Notes under the pieces: generated by a model | Databases searched by the model: none | The model's input: only the letters and a program-made list of their open reading frames with translations | What the model was told of the DNA's origin: nothing | In this document: in pieces, positions 13,734 to 22,085 of the stretch | How positions within the stretch are numbered: the first letter of the stretch is position 1 | Layout of the letters: each line of letters starts with the position of its first letter | Made by a program: the position numbers and the translations under genes | Source of the DNA: Tepidanaerobacter acetatoxydans Re1 | Lineage (GTDB): Bacteria; Bacillota; Thermosediminibacteria; Thermosediminibacterales; Tepidanaerobacteraceae | Direction of reading: 5' to 3' | Length of the DNA stretch: 24,000 bases | Assembly (NCBI RefSeq): GCF_000328765.2 | Contig: NC_019954.2 | Span: 2,339,769-2,363,768 of the forward strand

Positions 13734-15528
13734 ATTGCCCCTCCTTATCCAACCCTTCTCTTATCAAAAACCTTATAACTTTTGATAAGAAGCTATAATC
13801 GGAATAATCGACGGCAATTATACATTTTTTCTCAATGAGGTATTTCCGAGCCGAGTTTGCTTTCTCTGCTCTAAGGTATAAATAGATGTTATCTTTAACA
13901 TGAATCAGCTCATCTTCAATAAGCAAACTTATAAATTCTTTTATTCCCTCTTTATCATCAATAAATTTTATAGAAATCTCTTCATGTTCTGAGGAAATCG
14001 ATTTTTTCTTGCTTTCTAATATATTTTCTATATAGTTTTTTACATTTTCTTTATCTATTTCATTTAAAAAAGCTGATATTATTAAATAAGGTTTATCCGT
14101 GTCCAAATCCACTGTGGAGACTATTAAATCTACTTTCTCTAAATCAGCACTATTAATCGCATTAGATGAAATTATCCCTGAAATTTCGATATTGCTGAAA
14201 GTCTTTGCCAATCTTGCAGCCAATAATCTGCTGGTGCCATAGCCACTATGGCATATTACTACTGTTCGCACCTTTATGGCACTGGCCATTTTTTCGTTTT
14301 CAGAAATAAAATAGGATAGAATATATGCCACTTCATGATCGTTTATCATATTTACTCCATATCTGTTGCAGAGTAAAAAGCAGCCAACCTTTACTATAAA
14401 AAATTCTTCTTCAAATTCCCTTAAAAAATCATCCAATAAAGGATTTTTAATTTGAATATTATATTTTGCCCTGTTGAGCATAGGCCTTACATGCAGCAAT
14501 AATTTATCGTATAAATCAAGGCTTAAATCATAATTGACATCCAGCATTTGAGATATAATGCTTATTAAATCCTTGGTAAAATATACATAGGATAAATCAG
14601 CTTCTTTAATACATTTTTTATCATCTTCAAAACTTAGTCCGACGGATATTAGATATTTATACACATAAGCAATTTCTTGTTTGTTAATCTTAATATCAAA
14701 TTTCTTTTCTATTTCCTTAATTAAATATACGGCAGCGTCATACAGCCTTTCATTCATCGCTAGCATAGAATTATTGTAATCTGGATTATCTTCAATATAG
14801 TTTCCGTTAATTATCCTATTTGTCATAATAACCAAATGACTTAGCAAATTTGTATAATAGGGTTCATAGATTACCAGCTTCAATTCATTCTCCAATTTGT
14901 TTAGCAGCTCTTCGAAAAATGAAATAGACTTGCTGTTTAGCATGCTATTTATTTCAGCAATATTAAGCTCCTTATGCCGGATGCTTTGATATTCGGATAT
15001 ATAACCGGGATTGATTTTAGCATATTCTTGAATAGTAGAAACCAAAGCTTTTCTGATATTTATCTCACTGCCGATTATTCTGGTTCCCTTCAAGGTTTTT
15101 GAAAGTTCCAAGTTATATTTTTTTAACCTTTCCTGAACTTCTTTTAGGTCATTATTAATGGAAGTCCTGCTCACCATATATTTATCTGAAAGTTTCTGGA
15201 TTGTGGTGTACTTGTTTGTATTTATAAGTAGATTTAACAGAATTTCAGTTCTTCTATCCTCTACAGTCTTGTCGCTGTCAAGAGGTGATATATTATTTAA
15301 TATCTCATTTAGCTTATCTAGCTGAGGCAAGGTATAGCATAGCTTAATCCCTCTTCCTTGCTTCCTCTCTATTCTGGCACCGGTGGGACTAATAATTTCC
15401 TCAATATCATCAAGATCCTTTGATATTGTTTTCATTGATGTGCCAAATATAGCAGAAAAATATTTTATCGGCTGATAATCATCTTGAATTATTAATTTTT
15501 TCAGTAAATCTACTTGTCGCCTATTCAT
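13723..15528 (-). CDS. PRD-domain PTS-controlled transcriptional regulator (LicR/MtlR/ManR-like: HTH + Mga-like HTH + 2 PRD + EIIB-like), lacking the usual C-terminal EIIA domain
   Basis: N-terminal HTH (IKYFSAIFGTSMKTISKDLDDIE). Second HTH (TIQKLSDKYMVSRTSINNDLKEV). PRD-like helices with conserved His (LLSHLVIMTNRI, LLLHVRPMLNRA). EIIB(Gat/Cel)-like loop VVICHSGYGTSRLLAARL. Confidence 0.85.
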   Translation of the reverse strand: MNRRQVDLLKKLIIQDDYQPIKYFSAIFGTSMKTISKDLDDIEEIISPTGARIERKQGRGIKLCYTLPQLDKLNEILNNISPLDSDKTVEDRRTEILLNLLINTNKYTTIQKLSDKYMVSRTSINNDLKEVQERLKKYNLELSKTLKGTRIIGSEINIRKALVSTIQEYAKINPGYISEYQSIRHKELNIAEINSMLNSKSISFFEELLNKLENELKLVIYEPYYTNLLSHLVIMTNRIINGNYIEDNPDYNNSMLAMNERLYDAAVYLIKEIEKKFDIKINKQEIAYVYKYLISVGLSFEDDKKCIKEADLSYVYFTKDLISIISQMLDVNYDLSLDLYDKLLLHVRPMLNRAKYNIQIKNPLLDDFLREFEEEFFIVKVGCFLLCNRYGVNMINDHEVAYILSYFISENEKMASAIKVRTVVICHSGYGTSRLLAARLAKTFSNIEISGIISSNAINSADLEKVDLIVSTVDLDTDKPYLIISAFLNEIDKENVKNYIENILESKKKSISSEHEEISIKFIDDKEGIKEFISLLIEDELIHVKDNIYLYLRAEKANSARKYLIEKKCIIAVDYSDYSFLSKVIRFLIREGLDKEGQYGK

Positions 15529-15647
15529 ATTAAATATTCCTTTCTAACTAATAAAATTATATATGTATACATTCTACAAATCTATCACATATGACTTCCT
15601 TAATGATAAGTAAAATATGTTCAGTGTGTGGTTAAATATTATTTACA

Positions 15648-15656
15648 TGTTATAAT
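15648..15656 (+). promoter_or_regulatory. Extended -10 promoter element of the folate operon
   Basis: TGtTATAAT (TATAAT = 15651-15656), 45 nt upstream of ATG 15702. The -35 is weak (TGGTTA at 17-nt spacing). RBS AAGGAGGA lies at about 15688-15695. Confidence 0.55.
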
Positions 15657-15701
15657 AGGGTTAAATATCGTAAAATATGTGCATAAGCAAGGAGGAAATC
15701 A

Positions 15702-16058
15702 ATGATTTTAACAAGAAAATTCAAGTTTGATGCAGCTCATAATCTCGTGGAATATCATGGAAAATGTGAAAAACTCCACGGGCATACGTATAAGCTTGTC
15801 GTTAAATTAGAGGGCAAGCCCGGAAAAGAAGATATGATTATGGATTTTTCTGAGCTAAAACACGTTGTTGAATCCAAAATATTGCAGCAGCTGGACCACT
15901 CCTATCTGAATGACTTTATAAAGCAACCTTCTGCCGAAAATATCGCCAAATGGATTTGGGATAGACTATATGATGAATTATCTAGGGAAAACTGCCGACT
16001 TTATGAAATCCAGGTTTGGGAAACAGAAAATTGTGGCATCATGTACAGGGGTGAATGA
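15702..16058 (+). CDS. 6-pyruvoyl-tetrahydropterin synthase family protein (QueD-like; probable PTPS-III/FolB-replacing type)
   Basis: FKFDAAHNLVEYHGKCEKLHGHTYKLVV carries the T-fold PTPS/QueD motif Cx3HGH, here C-E-K-L-H-G-H. It is 118 aa and the first gene of a folE2-folP-folK operon. Confidence 0.85.
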   Translation: MILTRKFKFDAAHNLVEYHGKCEKLHGHTYKLVVKLEGKPGKEDMIMDFSELKHVVESKILQQLDHSYLNDFIKQPSAENIAKWIWDRLYDELSRENCRLYEIQVWETENCGIMYRGE

Positions 16059-16833
16059 TTTGTTAAAAGATATCCAAAGCCAAATAGATACTCGAGGTAT
16101 TTCACTAAACAGAGTAGGCATCAAAAACATTGACTGGCCCTTAAAGGTATATGACCAAACAAACGGATTTCAAAATACCGTTGCCAATATTAGCCTTTCT
16201 GTAGCCTTAAATCACGATATAAAGGGAACTCATATGAGTAGATTTGTAGAAGTCTTAAATAATATAGATATTCTAAACCCTCAGATTATTTTAAGCATCT
16301 TAAGCAGCATACAAACAAAGCTTGATGCCGAAAGCAGTTTTTTTGAATGCAAGTTCCCATATTTTATTTGGAAAGAATCGCCTGTAAGCAAGAATATATC
16401 GCCGCTTAAAATTGAAGCAATGATATTGGGTGAGAAAAACCGCGATGAAACTGAAATAATTATCGGGGTTGTGGTTCCCGTGCAGACTCTCTGTCCATGT
16501 TCTAAGGCTATTAGCAGCGTTGGTGCTCATAACCAGCGGGCAAATGTTAAAATCCTTGTAAAAACCAAAAAGAAAATTTGGTTTGAACATTTAGCAGCAA
16601 TTGCAGAAATGTCTGCATCAAGCCCTGTTTATTCCCTATTAAAGCGTGAAGATGAAAAATATGTAACCGAAGCAGCCTATAATACGCCAAAATTTGTAGA
16701 AGATGTGGCAAGAGATGCGGCTCTTTTGCTGGAGAAAGAAGACGGGCTTAAATGCTACAGGGTGGAAGTAGAAAGCCATGAAAGTATTCACAATCACGAA
16801 GCTTTTGCTTGGGTTGAAAAAGCATTAAGTTGA
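16051..16833 (+). CDS. folE2: GTP cyclohydrolase IB (FolE2/MptA family)
   Basis: DIQSQIDTRGISLNRVGIKNIDWPLKV..., GTHMSRF, and CPCSKAIS...AHNQR are FolE2-type motifs. The track ORF starts at 15970 inside the upstream gene. The likely true start is GTG 16051 or TTG 16060 (AGGGGTG RBS), overlapping the upstream stop. Confidence 0.85.
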   Translation: MNDLLKDIQSQIDTRGISLNRVGIKNIDWPLKVYDQTNGFQNTVANISLSVALNHDIKGTHMSRFVEVLNNIDILNPQIILSILSSIQTKLDAESSFFECKFPYFIWKESPVSKNISPLKIEAMILGEKNRDETEIIIGVVVPVQTLCPCSKAISSVGAHNQRANVKILVKTKKKIWFEHLAAIAEMSASSPVYSLLKREDEKYVTEAAYNTPKFVEDVARDAALLLEKEDGLKCYRVEVESHESIHNHEAFAWVEKALS

Positions 16834-16850
16834 AGGGAGATAGCTTTGAT

Positions 16851-18041
16851 ATGATATTAGAAATATCTCAAGAATATCTAAAAAATGAAATGAAAAAAGT
16901 CAATGCACATCCCGCATCTTTTAATATTTTTAAAGACAAGTCCATGATAATTCCTCTTAAACTCTTTGATATACCTACACCCGGAGCAAATATCATAAAA
17001 CAAGAAATGCTTTCATCGGGCGGTGATGCCGTAGTTCATAAAAATGCCGTAGATTGCAATGTTGAAACTTCAGATATAATCCTTCTCGGCACTAAAAAAC
17101 ACTACAATATCTTGATGGAAAAACTTCAAAAGATGCCTTATTTTAAGTTAGACAAAGCTTGCTGCGAACTTAAGAAATTTTTTTCAACAGAAAAAACAAA
17201 CTTTATAAAATCCCCTTGGGGCAGAACTTTAAGCTTTGACAAGACTCGTGTTATGGGCATAATAAATGTCACTTCTGATTCATTTTACTCTGGTTCTCGA
17301 AAGCAAAGCATACAAGAAATATTAGACACTGCCCGAGATATGATACAATCGGGTGCAGATGTTGTCGATATAGGCGGAATGTCAACTAGGCCCGGCTCCG
17401 ACCCCATCAGCGAGGAAGATGAGGCAAAAAGGGTTGTTATGGCCATAAAAGCTATAAGGGAAAATTATCACGATATAATGATTTCCGTAGATACCTATAG
17501 GTCAAATGTAGCGGAAAAAGCTTTAGAGGCAGGCGCTGATATAATAAATGACGTAAGCGGATTTAGTTTTGACCAAAAACTGGTAGAGGTAGCAGCTAAA
17601 AGCAATGCACCATATATCCTTATGCACATAAAAGGCACCCCTAAAAATATGCAAGAAAATCCTACATATGATGACCTTATAAAAGAAATTGCACAGTATT
17701 TTATCGATAAGATTAACTATGCAATAAGTTTCAACATGGATGAAAACAATATAATTCTCGACCCGGGCCTAGGCTTTGGAAAAACCTATAAAGATAACAT
17801 GGAGATAATGGACAGAGTTCGTGAGCTTCAAAGTCTTCACAGGCCTTTACTTATTGCCGCATCAAGAAAGTCTTTTATCGGTAAGGCTCTTGATTTAAAA
17901 TCTGCTGACGATAGACTGGAAGGTACTCTTGCCATTACCGCACTTTGTGCCTATCAAGATGTGGATATGGTGCGAGTGCACGATGTAAAGGAAAACGTCA
18001 GGATTATTGAAATGGTGGAGGCGATAAAGTGCCGCAGGTGA
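16851..18041 (+). CDS. folP: Dihydropteroate synthase with ~130-aa N-terminal extension
   Basis: The DHPS core runs from TRVMGIINVTSDSFYSG through DIGGMSTRPG, DTYRSNVAEKALEAGADIINDVSG, and DPGLGFGK. I prefer the ATG at 16851 (GAAGGGAGA 10 nt upstream) over the track TTG at 16830. Confidence 0.9.
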   Translation: MILEISQEYLKNEMKKVNAHPASFNIFKDKSMIIPLKLFDIPTPGANIIKQEMLSSGGDAVVHKNAVDCNVETSDIILLGTKKHYNILMEKLQKMPYFKLDKACCELKKFFSTEKTNFIKSPWGRTLSFDKTRVMGIINVTSDSFYSGSRKQSIQEILDTARDMIQSGADVVDIGGMSTRPGSDPISEEDEAKRVVMAIKAIRENYHDIMISVDTYRSNVAEKALEAGADIINDVSGFSFDQKLVEVAAKSNAPYILMHIKGTPKNMQENPTYDDLIKEIAQYFIDKINYAISFNMDENNIILDPGLGFGKTYKDNMEIMDRVRELQSLHRPLLIAASRKSFIGKALDLKSADDRLEGTLAITALCAYQDVDMVRVHDVKENVRIIEMVEAIKCRR

Positions 18042-18496
18042 TAATAGCGTTTGGAAGTAATATGGGCAATAAAGAACAAAACATTAAAACAGCTTTAGAA
18101 AAAATGAAGGCCCGCGGACTTAATATAATCAAGGTTTCAACCATAATAGAGACAGAACCATATGGTTATGAAGACCAAGACACTTTTTTAAACGGGGCAT
18201 GTATTGCAGATACAAATCTTTCTCCTCAAGAAGTTTTAAAAGAGCTGCTTGCTATTGAGCAAGAGATGGGGAGAGTGCGAAAAATCCACTGGGGGCCGAG
18301 AAATATAGATCTTGACATTATCTTCTATGAAAATATTATAGTTGATGAAGACAATCTTAAAATCCCCCACCCCGATGCCCATAACCGCTCTTTTGTCTTA
18401 GGTCCTATATGCGAAATATCTCCCTCTTTTTTGCACCCAATATACAACAAACCCGTAAAAGAACTTTATGAAGAACTGAAAAAGCAGAATCATTAA
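18029..18496 (+). CDS. folK: 2-amino-4-hydroxy-6-hydroxymethyldihydropteridine diphosphokinase
   Basis: IAFGSNMGN, ETEPYGYEDQDTFLNG, GPRNIDLDIIFY, IPHP, and RSFVL are HPPK motifs. GTG start overlaps the folP 3' end by 13 nt. Confidence 0.9.
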   Translation: MPQVIIAFGSNMGNKEQNIKTALEKMKARGLNIIKVSTIIETEPYGYEDQDTFLNGACIADTNLSPQEVLKELLAIEQEMGRVRKIHWGPRNIDLDIIFYENIIVDEDNLKIPHPDAHNRSFVLGPICEISPSFLHPIYNKPVKELYEELKKQNH

Positions 18497-18509
18497 GAAA
18501 TACAGCCTT

Positions 18510-18655
18510 TTATTTTTCTTCTTTTGAGTATTTTAAAATATCACCCGGTTGGCAGTCCAACACTTCACACAGTTTTTCCAGTGTGGAAAATCGAATGGCT
18601 TTTGCTCAGTGGGATGTATTCTCCCATTAAAGTCATGTTTAAAAATACTTTGACC
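18510..18655 (-). pseudogene. Decayed small XRE/Cro-CI (YozG-like) HTH regulator gene
   Basis: Minus-strand frame 18599-18510 reads AIRFSTLEKLCEVLDCQPGDILKYSKEEK*. This matches the conserved C-terminus of ~70-aa YozG-type regulators. It is preceded by an in-frame TGA (18608-18606). The plausible N-terminal piece (VKVFLNMTLMGEYIPLSK, 18654-18601) is in another frame, and the HTH core is missing. Confidence 0.5.
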
Positions 18656-18686
18656 TACCAGCCAAGGCACAATGACGCAGACCTTT

Positions 18687-20105
<1,419 letters not shown>

Positions 20106-20114
20106 TCATACCTC

Positions 20115-22004
20115 CTATATACGCGACGCGATAGTATACCCTTCGAAAACGGCTTCCATTATTTTTCGGGGTTTCTCGCAGTCTCCAATTGTAAAGGTAT
20201 CCGGCGTAATACCGTAAAAACTTTCGGCTACTGTCCTGTTAGCAGTCACCCCAGTAGAAATTATTACGGTATCAGCTTTTAAAAACTTCTCCTCACCGTT
20301 CTTGGGAACAACGATAACACCATCCTTTGTTATCTCTTTGCACGTGGTTTCTAGCATTCGCTTAAGTGTGCTCACTGCATCCATTTTTTGCCTTAGCGCT
20401 ATCTTATACAGCATATTGCCCTGTGCGGCAAGTTCGCCCGTAGGCTCTACTATAGTGACTTTTTTATGCTTCAGTTCTGCCAGCTCCAGCCCTATTTCTG
20501 CACCTATTGTCCCACCGCCTATTATCACTACATTTTGTCCGATACAGTCCTGATTGTCTATGGCCTCATAAAAATCAGTAACGTTTATTCCGTCAATACC
20601 TTTTATAGGTGGTTTGGCAGGAATAGAACCAACTGCTATAAAAATGGCATCTGGGCACATGCTTTTTACCATCTCCGGGGTCGCAGCTATGTTCAGTCTT
20701 ATATCGATATTATGCTTTTCCACCTGCCTGAGAAGATGGTCAAGATACAACCTGATATCTTGTTTATAGTACTGCTTCACGATATGGCATAACGCCCCGC
20801 CAAGACGGTCGTTTTTTTCAAATAGAGTTACCTTGTGTCCTCGTTTGGCTGCAGTAAGTGCAGCCATAATACCTGCCGGGCCGCCACCGACAACAACAAT
20901 ATTTTTTACTGTTTCGGCCTTTTCTAGGTTTTTTATTACAAATGATTCATTTGTAAACCTCGGATTCACCGAACAGCCGACGTTTTTTCTGTTTGTAGAA
21001 ATATGGTAGCATTGAAGGCAGCGAATACACGGCACTATGTCGTCCGTTTTACCGTCCTTTGCTTTATTGGGCCAGTCGGGATCGGCTATAAAGCTTCTAC
21101 CAAATGCAACCAAATCTACCGCACCGGATGCTATAAGCTCTTCCGCCTCGTAAGGATTCATCACTGCACCTACAACCGAAACCGGAATGCTTACATTCTG
21201 CTTTACAATCCGCGCATATTTTGCATTTGGCATATGCTCTTTAAAATTAGTAGTAACCATATGCACATTGCCCTCATGGTTTATGTCAAGCCCGCAAGAA
21301 ATCTGCACGGTGTCTATCAGAGGTTCCACCAGTTTGATGAACTTAAGCGTATCCTCGAACTCAATAGAGCCCTCCACCCACTCCACCGAGCTGATACGCA
21401 TATCCACGGGATAATTCGGCCCAACCGCCTGCCTTACCTTTTCAAGTATCATTTTAGGGAACCTTGCACGGTTTTCAAACGAACCGCCATATTCATCGGT
21501 GCGCTTATTAAATAATGGCGATAAAAATTGTGGTGGCAACCAACCGTGTCCAAAGTGCATGAATACCATGTCGAAACCCAAGTCGCGTGCGTCCTTTGCG
21601 GCCTGTGCATAACAATTGGCTACATGCTCCATCATTTCGGGAGTCATGGCCTTCACTTCCACACCATCTTCTCGAATGAAACCTACAGGTCCCACCGCAT
21701 AGTCTATCACTCGAGCGTACTGGCCTGCGTGAAAAAGTTCCAGTGACGCCTTAGCACCTGACTGGTGGCATTTGCGTATCCTTGATTGAGCTTCCTCCAC
21801 CGAATATTTGTGGAATAAATAGGGCTCGTTTCCGCTGGCAAAACTGGACCTTCCCGGCTCTACAATGGTATGTCCGCATATAACTATTCCGGCACCTCCA
21901 AGAGCTTTTTCTTCAAATACATCACCTGTAGGAGCGGCCACTATTCTATTTCTTGAAACCATATTGTTTATTTTTATAGGGCTATACAAGTTTGGAAATT
22001 GCAT
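20115..22004 (-). CDS. Fe-S flavoenzyme of the 2,4-dienoyl-CoA reductase / clostridial 2-enoate reductase family (OYE-like FMN barrel + FAD/NAD(P) domains)
   Basis: N-terminal OYE-type barrel (HGWLPPQFLSPLFNKRTDEYGGS). 4Fe-4S motif C-x2-C-x2-C-x11-C (CIRCLQCYHISTNRKNVGC). Two Rossmann GxGxxG motifs (VVVGGGPAGIMAA, VIIGGGTIGAEIG). I use the ATG at 22004 (GAGGAG 7 nt upstream) because the track's GTG at 22019 lies inside that RBS. Confidence 0.85.
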   Translation of the reverse strand: MQFPNLYSPIKINNMVSRNRIVAAPTGDVFEEKALGGAGIVICGHTIVEPGRSSFASGNEPYLFHKYSVEEAQSRIRKCHQSGAKASLELFHAGQYARVIDYAVGPVGFIREDGVEVKAMTPEMMEHVANCYAQAAKDARDLGFDMVFMHFGHGWLPPQFLSPLFNKRTDEYGGSFENRARFPKMILEKVRQAVGPNYPVDMRISSVEWVEGSIEFEDTLKFIKLVEPLIDTVQISCGLDINHEGNVHMVTTNFKEHMPNAKYARIVKQNVSIPVSVVGAVMNPYEAEELIASGAVDLVAFGRSFIADPDWPNKAKDGKTDDIVPCIRCLQCYHISTNRKNVGCSVNPRFTNESFVIKNLEKAETVKNIVVVGGGPAGIMAALTAAKRGHKVTLFEKNDRLGGALCHIVKQYYKQDIRLYLDHLLRQVEKHNIDIRLNIAATPEMVKSMCPDAIFIAVGSIPAKPPIKGIDGINVTDFYEAIDNQDCIGQNVVIIGGGTIGAEIGLELAELKHKKVTIVEPTGELAAQGNMLYKIALRQKMDAVSTLKRMLETTCKEITKDGVIVVPKNGEEKFLKADTVIISTGVTANRTVAESFYGITPDTFTIGDCEKPRKIMEAVFEGYTIASRI

Positions 22005-22034
22005 ATCGTTTCTCCTCACTTAGAAATTTTAGAT

Positions 22035-22066
22035 AAAAAAGAATAGTTATGAACTATTCTTTTTCA
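22035..22066 (-). terminator. Intrinsic terminator/attenuator hairpin between EIIC and the reductase gene
   Basis: AAAAGAATAGTT (22037-22048), loop atga, AACTATTCTTTT (22053-22064). On the minus strand it is followed by a T-run (complement of A6 at 22035-22040). It lies about 20 nt after the EIIC stop at 22086. Confidence 0.65.
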
Positions 22067-22085
22067 CTTGTTTTCAGCTATGCAC

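Noticed and set aside
15657-15701. Possible THF or other riboswitch upstream of the folate operon.
   Set aside because: The distance from the predicted -10 to the ATG leaves a leader of only about 40 nt. That is too short for a THF riboswitch (about 90-100 nt), and no conserved THF-like core sequence is visible.
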